Shown here: positions 37,646 through 49,132 of the stretch, in pieces | How the letters are laid out: the number at the start of each line of letters is the position of its first letter | How positions within the stretch are numbered: the first letter of the stretch is position 1 | Source of the DNA: an uncultured Gammaproteobacteria bacterium | GTDB lineage: Bacteria > Patescibacteriota > Patescibacteriia > Patescibacteriales > BS150m-G62 | Assembly (NCBI GenBank): GCA_964569045.1 | Contig: CAZMSR010000004.1 | Coordinates: 6,244 to 70,243 of the forward strand | Length of the DNA: 64,000 nt | Direction: 5' to 3' | Notes under the pieces: generated by a model | The model's database searches: none | What the model saw: only the letters and a program-made list of their open reading frames with translations | Told to the model about the DNA's origin: nothing | Position numbers and translations under genes: made by a program

Positions 37646-38674
37646 TTATGGTAATTTTTGATTTTTTCTAATGGAAAAATATATAACTAGCGTTATCATA
37701 AGTACTAAAACTAGATTTAATGCAATAAATTTACCACGACTTTGTAAGAAAATAGAAGTAACCCCAAAAATACATGAAAAAGCATAATAAAGTAAAACTG
37801 TTTTTTTTGTACCTAACCCTGAGTCATTTAAGCGATGGTGTAAATGAGATCTATCAGCTGAAGTTAATGGATTTTGATTATTTAGTGTTCTTCTTAATAT
37901 TGTCCATCCCATATCTATTGCAGGGATTCCTATTATAAGTAGCGTGATTGCTACTTTTCCGCCGGAAATTATAGCTATTACGCCTAAAATGTAGCCTAAA
38001 AAAATTGATCCACCTTCACCTAAAAATATTTTTGCTGGATGCCAATTTAGAATCAGAAATCCAAGACATGCTCCAGCAAGAACTAAGCTAACTAGTCCAA
38101 TATCAGGTTGGTAATATTTAGTTGTTAGTGTAAAAATGAATATTATAAAGGCGCCTATCCCAACTACTCCACTAACTAAACCATCTAGTCCATCAAGAAG
38201 TTTAGTTGTGTACATAATGCATAATAGCCAAATAATTATAAATATATTTGAGGTAATATTTGAAAAAAGTAAATGTTCGTTTGTGAGTGGATTTGTTATT
38301 TTTGTTACCCCAACTCCTCCTAGTATAACAGAAAAGCAAGCAAATAATGGGAATAAAATTTGAAGTTTTGGACTTAGATTTAATTTATCATCAAGAAAGC
38401 CACCTATTATTAATATTAAGCCGCCAATAAATACACCTATCCAGTGCTTTAATTCCAGGCTACCAGATAAGATTTGATTTTTTGCTAGAAAGATAATGCA
38501 AAAAAAGGATAAAAAAATAGCCGTTCCTCCTAAAAGTGGTGTACGACCAGTATGTTTTTTCCGTTCAATGCTTGGTTCGTCAATAATGTTTAGTTTTAGT
38601 GCTAGTGTTCTTATTTTTAATGTTAGAAAATAACTAAAACTTGTGGATATAAAAAAAATTAACGCATAATACAT
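37646..38674 (-). CDS. glycosyltransferase family 4 (MraY/WecA-like polyprenyl-phosphate sugar-1-phosphate transferase)
   Basis: 342-aa polytopic ORF with DDKLNLSP, LLDGLDGL and LGEGGSIFLGY motifs of the MraY/WecA superfamily. It is too short for a typical MraY and is not in a mur/dcw context. Confidence 0.75.
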   Translation of the reverse strand: MYYALIFFISTSFSYFLTLKIRTLALKLNIIDEPSIERKKHTGRTPLLGGTAIFLSFFCIIFLAKNQILSGSLELKHWIGVFIGGLILIIGGFLDDKLNLSPKLQILFPLFACFSVILGGVGVTKITNPLTNEHLLFSNITSNIFIIIWLLCIMYTTKLLDGLDGLVSGVVGIGAFIIFIFTLTTKYYQPDIGLVSLVLAGACLGFLILNWHPAKIFLGEGGSIFLGYILGVIAIISGGKVAITLLIIGIPAIDMGWTILRRTLNNQNPLTSADRSHLHHRLNDSGLGTKKTVLLYYAFSCIFGVTSIFLQSRGKFIALNLVLVLMITLVIYFSIRKNQKLP

Positions 38675-38830
38675 TTGTTTTCCGTTAATTAAATTATACT
38701 AAATTCATAACCTAATATAAAATTTGAAGTTAGATTATGAGTTTAGTATAATACAGTTATTTGTGGGATAAATTTTTATGCTGTGCGTTGATATTCGTTT
38801 ACTACTTGTCATAATCACATAAGAATGTGA

Positions 38831-41584
38831 TTATAATTCCTTTGCTTTGTTGATTTTAATATTGCCTTCTTTGTTTATTATAATGGTATCTCGTCTTTTT
38901 ACAAGACCTGATAGTATTTTATCTGCTATTTTGTTTTCAATTTTTTCTTGCAACACTCTTTTTAGCGGTCTAGCACCAAAACTTGGATCAAAGCCTTCTT
39001 TTGCTAATATTTCAATTCCTTTATTATGTACCTCTAGTATTATGCCTTTTTTATTTAGCATTTTTTTTATATCAGTAATCATTAATTCAGTGATTTTTAT
39101 CAGATTGTCTAAGTTGAGAGGCTTAAAAACCAATACTCCATCAAACCTATTGATCATCTCCGGTCTTAAGTGTTTGTTTAAATAAGTGTTTATTAATTCA
39201 TCTTTTATGTCTTTAGTGTTAACTCCAATGGATATTTGTTCTTGAATAAAAACAGAGCCGATGTTCGAAGTTGCGACAATTATTGTGTTTGTGAAATCTG
39301 TTGTTTTGCCGCTCGCATCTGTTAATCTACCATCATCCAAAATTTGTAGAAATAAATCAAGGATTTTTGGATGAGCTTTTTCTATTTCGTCTAAGAGTAT
39401 TAGTGAAAATGGTGCAATGGTCACCTTTTCGATAAGGAGACTTGTATTTCCCTCTTTTGAGCCAATCATTTTTTTTACTGAGTCTTGATGTTGAAATTCA
39501 CTCATGTCTAGTCTTATCATGTTTTTACTTGATTCAAAATATATTTTTGCTACTGTTTTAGCTAGATGAGTTTTTCCAACGCCAGTTGGACCTAAAAATA
39601 AAAATGATGCAATTGGGCGATTCTGTTCTCTTAATTCAACACGAGCTCTTCTTAGACTGGAAGATATTGAATTAACTGCTTGATTTTGTCCAATCATGTC
39701 TTTATGAATTAATTTTTCTAAATTTAGTAGTCTTTGGCTTTCATCTTGTGATAATTTTGTCAATGGAATGCCTGTGATATCAGATATCACTTTAGATGCA
39801 TCATTTTTTGTTGCTGTGCTTTTAATTCCTTTGGTTTTGATTGTATGTAAACCAACTTGATCGATAATTTCTACTGCTTTCTTAGGTAAATTATGATTGT
39901 GAATGTATTTGTTTGATAAATATACAATTTGTTCTATGCAGCCGTATGTAAAAAATATTTTATATTTTTTTTCTAATTTTTTAACTTTACTCTCTAATAT
40001 TTGAATAGCTAAATTTCCTTTAGGTTCATTTATATTTATTATGTCAAATATATTTCCAAGAGTTTGAGATTCTAGGTATTTTCTAAAGCTTGAAGGTGTT
40101 GTTGTTGCAAGGATTAAACATTTTTTTGCTTTAATAGCGCTAGCTAATGTTTTTGCTACTGAAATACTTTCACCTTCTCCTAATTTTATTCCTGTAAGGT
40201 TTTCAATGTCTTCAATGTAAAATATTATATTACCTGATTTTTTTGCTTCATCTAAGGCAACTAGAATCTTTTCTTGGATTTTATTTGGCTTAGCTCCGCT
40301 TGTGAGTTTTGCAATATTAAGTTTTAGTAAACGTTTGTCTTTTAAGCTGGTTGGTACGTTTTCAGTGACCATTAATTTTGCGATTTTTTCTATTAGGGTT
40401 TCTTTTCCTACTCCGATTTCGCCAACAAGTAAACATGCATTTTTTCCTGTTAAAAAAGATGAGAGTATTGAACTTATTTTTGTTTCTCTGTTAACGCAAT
40501 AATCTAGCTTAGCCCACTTAGCCTTTCTAGTTAAATCAATTGAGTAATGATCGAGTATTGGGGTTGCAACTGCACTAAAAGCACGGTCCATGCTTCCGCC
40601 AGGTTTAAAGCGTGCCATTTTTGAATATAGTTTTTTTTGTATTTTAATGTGATTATCAATTCTAAACCATTCTAGACAGTTTTTAATTTTTTCTTCATCG
40701 ATTTCCATGTCAAAAAGTATTTCTCTTATTATTTTGGAATGAACATGAAGTGATAGTAATAGGTTAAGAGCGTAAATTCGTTTATCACCCATTTGGTAGC
40801 CTCTTAGGTAGGCTTCGATTAATGTTTTTTTTGATTCATTATCAAGTGTTATAACGTAGTTTTTGTTTTTATTTTCTTTTGATAGTAATGAAATTTGATT
40901 GTTTATTTTTAAAATTAAATTTTTCTTGTTAATATTAAGTCTTTTTAAGAAAATCTGAACAGTTTTGTCATTTATTAAGTTTAAGCTAATGTGTAGTGGT
41001 GTTACAGTTGAGTCTCCTAATTTTGCAGCTAAGCTGAATGATGATTCAATAATTTTTAATGAATTTTTGCTAAATCCCGATGCTACGTCAATTTTATATT
41101 TTGAGTTAAAGTATTTTAATTCTCCCCAATTGTTTGGTAATTCTTTTGCGCCATTTTTTAATTTTTTAATTAAGTGGAATGTCTTAGAGGATGAGTATCT
41201 ATACCAGGCAAACATTATGAATGCTAGTGAACACCAAAAAAGAAAAATAAATTGATGTTTATGTTCCCAGAATTTATAATTCGTGAGATTATATGTGCCA
41301 CTTGTTATTTTTTGACCAATCCAAATGGTGAGTGTTATGATACCGATTACCCCTGCTAAGCCAAGACTAGTATTAAAAATTGTATTAATGTTGCGTTTTA
41401 CTTTGTTGAATTTTACTACTTTACGATTGTATTTTTGCTTCCAGTATAAAAAATAGCCTTCATGAAAAGTACCTACTTTTAAGTTGTTGCATTCTTTACA
41501 TGTTTGATTTTTTCGTATATTTTGTGTATTACATGCCGGGCAAGTAATGAAGTTTATATTGAATTGTTTGCTTGTTAAATTCAT
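38831..41584 (-). CDS. membrane-anchored ClpA/B/C-family AAA+ protein with N-terminal zinc ribbon and degenerate first ATPase module
   Basis: 917 aa. CPACNTQ...CKECNN is followed by two TM helices and Clp_N-like repeats (TPLHISLNLIND). D1 has GEIGVGKE (Walker A Thr replaced by Glu) and IFYIEDIE (DE inverted). D2 is intact (GPTGVGKTHLAK, LILLDEIEKAHP). Confidence 0.8.
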   Translation of the reverse strand: MNLTSKQFNINFITCPACNTQNIRKNQTCKECNNLKVGTFHEGYFLYWKQKYNRKVVKFNKVKRNINTIFNTSLGLAGVIGIITLTIWIGQKITSGTYNLTNYKFWEHKHQFIFLFWCSLAFIMFAWYRYSSSKTFHLIKKLKNGAKELPNNWGELKYFNSKYKIDVASGFSKNSLKIIESSFSLAAKLGDSTVTPLHISLNLINDKTVQIFLKRLNINKKNLILKINNQISLLSKENKNKNYVITLDNESKKTLIEAYLRGYQMGDKRIYALNLLLSLHVHSKIIREILFDMEIDEEKIKNCLEWFRIDNHIKIQKKLYSKMARFKPGGSMDRAFSAVATPILDHYSIDLTRKAKWAKLDYCVNRETKISSILSSFLTGKNACLLVGEIGVGKETLIEKIAKLMVTENVPTSLKDKRLLKLNIAKLTSGAKPNKIQEKILVALDEAKKSGNIIFYIEDIENLTGIKLGEGESISVAKTLASAIKAKKCLILATTTPSSFRKYLESQTLGNIFDIININEPKGNLAIQILESKVKKLEKKYKIFFTYGCIEQIVYLSNKYIHNHNLPKKAVEIIDQVGLHTIKTKGIKSTATKNDASKVISDITGIPLTKLSQDESQRLLNLEKLIHKDMIGQNQAVNSISSSLRRARVELREQNRPIASFLFLGPTGVGKTHLAKTVAKIYFESSKNMIRLDMSEFQHQDSVKKMIGSKEGNTSLLIEKVTIAPFSLILLDEIEKAHPKILDLFLQILDDGRLTDASGKTTDFTNTIIVATSNIGSVFIQEQISIGVNTKDIKDELINTYLNKHLRPEMINRFDGVLVFKPLNLDNLIKITELMITDIKKMLNKKGIILEVHNKGIEILAKEGFDPSFGARPLKRVLQEKIENKIADKILSGLVKRRDTIIINKEGNIKINKAKEL

Positions 41585-41944
41585 TTATTGAATTTGATAA
41601 ATTATTCCATTAATTACTAAAAAAGGCAGTGATAACCAAATTATGATTATTGTAAGAGAGACTAGTGTTAAGAAGAGTAAGAAAAGTCCTCGTATAAATA
41701 TTTGTATTGTTCTAATAAAAAAACTTATTACTAAGCTAGTAATGTCATATTGACTATACATTGGTTTAAAAATATTTTTTATCCACACTAATAAAGCCAA
41801 AGATTTTTCTTGATTACGCAAAAAACGTAATTGAGTTTTAGTTATATTCCATAAACCAAGACTGTACCACCATATTGGAAAATAAAGAATTTCTATTATT
41901 AAATCACCCAATGCTTTTAGGCTAAGAGTTGCGTAATTGTGCAT
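41585..41944 (-). CDS. small membrane protein, translationally abutted to the Clp-like gene
   Basis: 119 aa with 3-4 hydrophobic helices. Its stop codon (41585-41587) directly abuts the Clp-like ATG (41582-41584). Confidence 0.55.
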   Translation of the reverse strand: MHNYATLSLKALGDLIIEILYFPIWWYSLGLWNITKTQLRFLRNQEKSLALLVWIKNIFKPMYSQYDITSLVISFFIRTIQIFIRGLFLLFLTLVSLTIIIIWLSLPFLVINGIIYQIQ

Positions 41945-42089
41945 AATGGTATTATAACATTTTTTTTTATTAATTCCCAGGGTCTTGTGGTAGTTATGTG
42001 GCTATCTAAAAAGTTTAAAAGTTTATTTATTTTTGAATTATTTTATTTCCAATTTTTATTCTTAAATGTATGAGATTTTTTTCGTTTGT

Positions 42090-42608
42090 TTAAATTAGGG
42101 CTTTAAGTACTTTAAGTGCTTCCGGTAAAATTGGTAGCAGAATACTAGACGCCTCAATTAACCATGGCGCAATAATTGATTCAACAAGCCATTCTCCAAA
42201 CCAGTGTTCCACGATAGTATATCTGGAAGATACAAAAAGAATAATACCAATTATTAATGTTCCTTCAAATAATCCAAATATTGCACCTAGAATTCTATTG
42301 AATGTTGTTAAAAAAGGAATTATAGATATTATATTAAAGATTTTATCTAAAATTGCAAAAAATAGAACTACTATTTTGCGGATAATAAAAAAAGTAAAAA
42401 TAAAAGTTATAATATGACCCAAGTTATCGTGACCCATAAATAGGTCTTGAACGTATGGATATATTAATAAAAAAAAGCGACTAGCTAAGATTGCTCCAAT
42501 TATTACCCCAGCAATACCGCCAATAACTCTAATAAAGCCAAAAAACAAGCCATAAAAAATAAAGCCAGACAATAGAACTATTAAAATTACATCAAAAATT
42601 GAGAACAT
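42090..42608 (-). CDS. cvpA: CvpA-family membrane protein
   Basis: 172 aa. The N-terminus FDVILIVLLSGFIFYGLFFGFIRVIGGIAGVIIGA is typical of CvpA. Confidence 0.7.
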   Translation of the reverse strand: MFSIFDVILIVLLSGFIFYGLFFGFIRVIGGIAGVIIGAILASRFFLLIYPYVQDLFMGHDNLGHIITFIFTFFIIRKIVVLFFAILDKIFNIISIIPFLTTFNRILGAIFGLFEGTLIIGIILFVSSRYTIVEHWFGEWLVESIIAPWLIEASSILLPILPEALKVLKALI

Positions 42609-42615
42609 TTATTAG

Positions 42616-43371
42616 TTATTTGCCAATTATTATTACAAATTCCCCCTTTTGAGCATTTGGGTCTTGTTTTAATTTGGTTATAATATTATTAATTTCTCCT
42701 CTGTAGATTGTTTCGTGCATTTTTGTTAATTCTCTTAGTACAACGATCGATGTGAGGTTTTTGAGGGGCGTGTATTTTTTGATTTCGCTTGACTTTGAAT
42801 TTGAAATATTTTTGGCGTAAATATTTTTTATTTCTTCTAAGAATTTTATTATTCTGTGTTTTGATTCATATATTACTACTGGATACTCAGACGATAGTAT
42901 TTTTTTAATAAAAGTCATTCTACCCTTTTTATGAGGAGGAAAGCCCATGAATACAAATTTGTCTGCCCTTAAACCTGATATTGATAATGCTGCCGTTAAT
43001 GCTGATGGTCCTGGTATTGATTCTATTTGGAAATTTTTTTCTTGGTCTCTATTTATATGTGAGAAATTTTTTGCATCTAAAATATGTTGTACTAATTTGC
43101 CACCCGGATCAGATATGCCGGGTGTTCCGGCATCTGTTACTAGGGCAAGATTCTTGCCTTCTTTTAATAAATTAATTGCGTGATTAATTTTTGATTCACC
43201 GGAATGCTCATGAAAGCTAATTAATTTATTATTTATTTTGTATTTGTTTAGTAGTTTTTTTGTTACTCGTGTGTCTTCACATAATATAAAATCAACCTCC
43301 TCTAACAAGCGAAGGGCACGTAAGCTAATGTCTTCAAGGTTTCCAATTGGTGTTGCTATAATATAGAGCAT
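42616..43371 (-). CDS. rsmI: 16S rRNA (cytidine1402-2'-O)-methyltransferase RsmI
   Basis: 251 aa with LYIIATPIGNLEDISLRALRLLEEVDFILCEDTR, DAGTPGISDPG and IPGPSA motifs. Confidence 0.88.
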   Translation of the reverse strand: MLYIIATPIGNLEDISLRALRLLEEVDFILCEDTRVTKKLLNKYKINNKLISFHEHSGESKINHAINLLKEGKNLALVTDAGTPGISDPGGKLVQHILDAKNFSHINRDQEKNFQIESIPGPSALTAALSISGLRADKFVFMGFPPHKKGRMTFIKKILSSEYPVVIYESKHRIIKFLEEIKNIYAKNISNSKSSEIKKYTPLKNLTSIVVLRELTKMHETIYRGEINNIITKLKQDPNAQKGEFVIIIGK

Positions 43372-43375
43372 AAAA

Positions 43376-45034
43376 TTACACTATTTCATCTCTTCTTTCT
43401 TTAACGTATTTTGTCCACTCTTCAGCTATTTCAACAAATGCTTTAAATGGCGCCTCCATTATAAAATCCATAATAAAAACAAATACATTTACACGAGAGA
43501 ATTTTTCTGATAGGAATTTTCCGGTTGCTACAATTGGCATATAGAAAAAGTCCACCAAGAAACTAAATATATTTTCGTTTGGCTCTGATACTCTAAGTTC
43601 TGATATAGATTTTCTTATTCTGATGCCAAAAAAGCTAACAAAAGCTAAAAAGAATAAAAAGATTATTATGCTAACCCAATTAAAATTAATTGCTTGTAGC
43701 CCCCATATAACAAAACCAAAAGATGAGAAAAATGTAATAGTATATATTAATCCAAACATTGTGTTCATAAAAGCGCCTCTTTTTGCCGGTGGTTTTATAA
43801 TGGTTGGGCTAAGATTCTTTTTTTCTTCATAAAGAATTTCTTCAATACCAGATATGATTTTTTTGGTATTTGCTTCATTCGGAACTTGTGTGAATAGCAC
43901 AATAATAAATAAAAGGAGTGCAGGAAAGCCTATGTTAATAATTAGGGATATTGGATTCACCTCTTCGCCAAACCATTTTATTATAGGAATTTCTAAAAGA
44001 AAGACAAATACAGATTTAGTAACAAAGATATAAAGTATGCTACGTAATGCAGCACGCCACAATCTAGATCGAGTAAAATCGTATTTTTTTTCACATATTT
44101 TTTTTATATCAAAAGCAAGCTCTTTATAGTTTGTTTTCGCTTTTTTATATTCTACGTTTGGGTCTGTGGTTATGGTGTCTGTTAGAGTATTAAAAAATAC
44201 TGCGTATCTTGATGTTATTCTATTTAATTGAGTTTTAATTGGATGATTTATTTGTTTTGTTAGGCTTAAAATTATTTTTGGGAGATTATGCGCTACTTTA
44301 TTTATTAAATTTATGTCTGCTTCATCCCACTCTGGAATATAATATTTAAAAACAATAAAGCCTATCATGGAGTTATCAAATTTTAGTAATTTGCGATAAA
44401 TGCTAATATATACTTGAATTTCTTTGTCATTTGCATAAATAGAGTTTTTAGGCAGTTCAATTTTGTTAGTTAAAATTTCATATATTTGTTTTATTTCTAT
44501 GTCGACTATGTTGTTGTTTCTTAGTCTTTCTTCAATGTCGCAAGCAGCTAAACTAAAGAGCCAGTTCGTCGTTTGTTTTTTTTGTTTAAATTGAGTATTT
44601 GTTGATTGTTCAAAAGTATTTTTGGTTTTTATGTATTTTTCAATAACTTGACCAATTTCATCTATTTTAGTTTCCGGTATAGTGTTATTTGGTAGGTATG
44701 CTGCTCTTATGAGCTCTGTTAGGAGATTTTTTGAGATTTTTAAGCTGTCAATTTTTTTAATACTGCCTTGAATTAAAATTTCACGTTTTAATATTCTTTC
44801 TATGGCATTTTCTCTTAGTAAATGTTCTTCTTTGTAGTCAATGCTATTTCTTATTTTTTCATAATAAAAAGCCATCTTTGATAAAAAAGATGAAACTTTA
44901 ATTTTAGGAATTTCATTGTTTGTTTCTTTTTGACTTTGACTTGCGTAAATTACTTGAAATAATTTAATTGCATTATCTGTAAGTGTATGGCTAGTTTCAG
45001 AAATATTCTTTTTTGATAGTGTTGGGTTAAACAT
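43376..45034 (-). CDS. hypothetical large membrane protein
   Basis: 552-aa ORF. The N-terminal half is soluble and the C-terminal half has several TM helices. No family was recognised. Confidence 0.55.
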   Translation of the reverse strand: MFNPTLSKKNISETSHTLTDNAIKLFQVIYASQSQKETNNEIPKIKVSSFLSKMAFYYEKIRNSIDYKEEHLLRENAIERILKREILIQGSIKKIDSLKISKNLLTELIRAAYLPNNTIPETKIDEIGQVIEKYIKTKNTFEQSTNTQFKQKKQTTNWLFSLAACDIEERLRNNNIVDIEIKQIYEILTNKIELPKNSIYANDKEIQVYISIYRKLLKFDNSMIGFIVFKYYIPEWDEADINLINKVAHNLPKIILSLTKQINHPIKTQLNRITSRYAVFFNTLTDTITTDPNVEYKKAKTNYKELAFDIKKICEKKYDFTRSRLWRAALRSILYIFVTKSVFVFLLEIPIIKWFGEEVNPISLIINIGFPALLLFIIVLFTQVPNEANTKKIISGIEEILYEEKKNLSPTIIKPPAKRGAFMNTMFGLIYTITFFSSFGFVIWGLQAINFNWVSIIIFLFFLAFVSFFGIRIRKSISELRVSEPNENIFSFLVDFFYMPIVATGKFLSEKFSRVNVFVFIMDFIMEAPFKAFVEIAEEWTKYVKERRDEIV

Positions 45035-45078
45035 TAATTTTATTAAAGCATAAAATTAGCTAAAAATCAATACTTTTT

Positions 45079-45287
45079 AAAATACCTGCTCATACAACAT
45101 AATACGATTTCTTCACTAAGTGCAATATTGGCAATTTTTTTTTAGCTAAATTAAAGCTATAGTCTTACAACTCTCTTTGGTCGGTCCTAACGGACAAGTA
45201 AGACTATTATCGCTTTATTTAGCTAAAAAATTGAAACATATCGTATATTCGTTCAGAAATGTATTATATTGTATGAGCAGATATTTT
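45079..45287. repeat. 209-bp three-tier palindrome related to the repeat family
   Basis: Outer arms are 45079-45116 and 45251-45287 (AAAATACCTGCTCATACAACATAATACGATTTCT vs reverse complement AAAATATCTGCTCATACAATATAATACATTTCT). Middle arms are TTTAGCTAAATTAAAGC / GCTTTATTTAGCTAAA. Inner arms are TATAGTCTTAC / GTAAGACTAT. The apex is GTCC-TAAC-GGAC (45184-45195). Confidence 0.7.
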
Positions 45288-45515
45288 TTAAAATTTAAAG
45301 ATTTTTTTAACATCTTTTTTTATACTTATTATTTTGTATGCTCCGTAAAAAAAGGTATACGCAATGACTAATACAAATGCTCCTATTACTAAACGAGCTA
45401 AAAAGTCTACCCAGACAATTAAGACTCCTAGAATTAATAGTAGTATTCCGGAAAATATTAATGTATATATAATTCCGTTTACTTTTTTTTGAAGTGGTTT
45501 AAATAATGTAGTCAT
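45288..45515 (-). CDS. small two-TM membrane protein
   Basis: 75-aa ORF with two clear hydrophobic helices. Its stop codon abuts the palindrome. Confidence 0.45.
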   Translation of the reverse strand: MTTLFKPLQKKVNGIIYTLIFSGILLLILGVLIVWVDFLARLVIGAFVLVIAYTFFYGAYKIISIKKDVKKIFKF

Positions 45516-45617
45516 TTGAATGATTTAATATTATATTATTATTCTATCAGAATGAATTACGAAAAACAAAAACAACTCTTTTGATACAGAGTTGTTTTTG
45601 TTAAGTTGATTTGTTGA

Positions 45618-47282
<1,665 letters not shown>

Positions 47283-47341
47283 TTAAAAATTAGAACCTAG
47301 AATTTAAAATATTAAATTTTAATTTCTAAATTCTAGCTAAA

Positions 47342-47635
47342 TTAATTTTCTAGAATAGCTATTATATCTGATTCGCTAATAACAAGATATTCAATTCCTT
47401 CAATTTTTATTTCGTCCGGTGAGTATTTTTTAAACATTACGGTTTGTCCAATTTGTACACTAACGGGAGCGCGTGATCCTGATTCACTAAGTTTACCAGG
47501 ACCTATTGCAACTACTTCGCCTTTTTCCGGTTTTTCTTTATCCACTGTGTCAGGTAAAACAATACCTGATTTTGTTGTGGTGTCTTCACGCATTGGCTTA
47601 ACAATGACGTGATCATGAAGTGGTTTAATGTTCAT
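47342..47635 (-). CDS. groS: co-chaperonin GroES
   Basis: 97 aa with MNIKPLHDHVIVKP...GIVLPDT...GEVVAIGPG. Confidence 0.95.
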   Translation of the reverse strand: MNIKPLHDHVIVKPMREDTTTKSGIVLPDTVDKEKPEKGEVVAIGPGKLSESGSRAPVSVQIGQTVMFKKYSPDEIKIEGIEYLVISESDIIAILEN

Positions 47636-47723
47636 AGTTATGATTTTAAGCTAAAAATTAATTTTTTAAACATATGTTAAAATTATTTTATAGCCTGTTA
47701 ATTAAATTATATTTATTGTTTGT

Positions 47724-47750
47724 CTAGCACTTTAATCATTAGAGTGCTAA
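47724..47750 (-). promoter_or_regulatory. CIRCE operator (HrcA binding site) upstream of groES-groEL
   Basis: CTAGCACTT-TAATCATTA-GAGTGCTAA compares with the consensus TTAGCACTC-N9-GAGTGCTAA. It lies 89 nt upstream of the groES ATG and just downstream of a TGTTATATG extended -10-like box (complement of 47761-47769). Confidence 0.85.
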
Positions 47751-47801
47751 AAGTTATTCACATATAACATTTTAATTTATTTTTTTAAGTTGTCAAGTGA
47801 T

Positions 47802-49076
47802 TTAGTTTTTTGCTTTGTATCTTGTATTTATAATTTTACCAATTTGCGCACAATTAATTTGGTTATTTTCTAAATAAGTATCAAAATAGTATTCACTTTT
47901 TGCCTTTAGTTTATTGTTTTTTATTTTTCCTTCAATTAAAACCTTGATGATTTTGTTATTAAATCGTTTTTTATAGTTTTTTTCCAGTTTTGAGCTTAAT
48001 TCCCTGAGTGTTTTGCTTCTAGTTTTAGTTGTGTCTTGGTTGACCTTGTTTTTGAGATTAAAGGCAGCGGTTTTTTTATGTAGTGAAAATGAAAAGGTGT
48101 GGATTTTTGAAAATTTTATTTTTTTAGTAAATTCTATAGTTTTATTAAAATCTTCTGTTGTTTCTCCAGGAAATCCTACTATAATATCTGTAGTAAATGA
48201 AAAGTCTGGCATAAGTTTAAAAATATAGTTAATCTTGTTTTTATAATGTGTTGTGCTGTATGGTCGATTCATTAATTTTAGAATTTTATCACATCCGGAT
48301 TGTAATGATATATGTAGGTGTTTGCATATTTTTCCGTCTGATTCTTGAATTAATTTTATTAAGTTATTGTTTACTTCTGTTATTTCAATTGAACTAAGTC
48401 TTATTCGTCCTAGTTTAGGTAGTTTTATTAATTGTTTTAATAGGTTAACTAGCGCAAAACCTCCTTCAGCTCCTCTTTGTCGTTTTTTGTGTTCTTTTTC
48501 TTCATTATATAATCCAAGATGAATGCCGCAGAGCACTATTTCTTGATAGCCGCAATTTATAGCATTTTTTGTTTCATTAATAACTTCTGAAGGTTTTTTA
48601 CTTCGTAGTTTTCCTCTTGTGAATGGTATTACACAATAGGAACAATATTGCTCACAACCATCTTGAATTTTTAAAAAATATCGTGTTTTACTCTTTGTTT
48701 TTTGTATTTTTGAGTTTAATATTTTATTGTTATCTCTTACCTTATTTGTAATTTTTTTAATGATTTTTTCTATATTATTGTTTATGATAAAATCAGGTTG
48801 TAATATTTTTGTGCTAGTATTATAGACTTGTGGCCAGCAGCCTGCAATTGCAATCCGGCTATTTGGATTTTCTCGTTTTGCCTTATTGATTGCTATTTGA
48901 TTTTTTTGAATTGCAGATTTTGTTACACAGCACGTATTAATAATTGATAAGCTTGCATTTTTTTCAACTTCCAGAAAATAATTTTTATTTAATTTTTGCT
49001 TTATTTCGTTTGTGTCGTATTGATTAACTTTACAGCCAAGAGTGTAGATTTTATAAGTTTTGGTAATCATGTTCAA
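47802..49076 (-). CDS. mtaB: radical-SAM methylthiotransferase, MtaB-like
   Basis: 424 aa with the N-terminal TLGCKVNQYD, the radical SAM CSYCVIPFTRG motif and a C-terminal TRAM-like region. Confidence 0.7.
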   Translation of the reverse strand: MNMITKTYKIYTLGCKVNQYDTNEIKQKLNKNYFLEVEKNASLSIINTCCVTKSAIQKNQIAINKAKRENPNSRIAIAGCWPQVYNTSTKILQPDFIINNNIEKIIKKITNKVRDNNKILNSKIQKTKSKTRYFLKIQDGCEQYCSYCVIPFTRGKLRSKKPSEVINETKNAINCGYQEIVLCGIHLGLYNEEKEHKKRQRGAEGGFALVNLLKQLIKLPKLGRIRLSSIEITEVNNNLIKLIQESDGKICKHLHISLQSGCDKILKLMNRPYSTTHYKNKINYIFKLMPDFSFTTDIIVGFPGETTEDFNKTIEFTKKIKFSKIHTFSFSLHKKTAAFNLKNKVNQDTTKTRSKTLRELSSKLEKNYKKRFNNKIIKVLIEGKIKNNKLKAKSEYYFDTYLENNQINCAQIGKIINTRYKAKN

Positions 49077-49123
49077 ATGATATTAGCTATATTGATTAAA
49101 ATCAAGTATATAATGATTGTGAG

Positions 49124-49132
49124 TGGTATAGT
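49124..49132 (+). promoter_or_regulatory. candidate extended -10 promoter for lemA
   Basis: TGGTATAGT (TGnTATAAT-like) lies about 93 nt upstream of the lemA ATG, in a divergent intergenic region. Confidence 0.35.
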
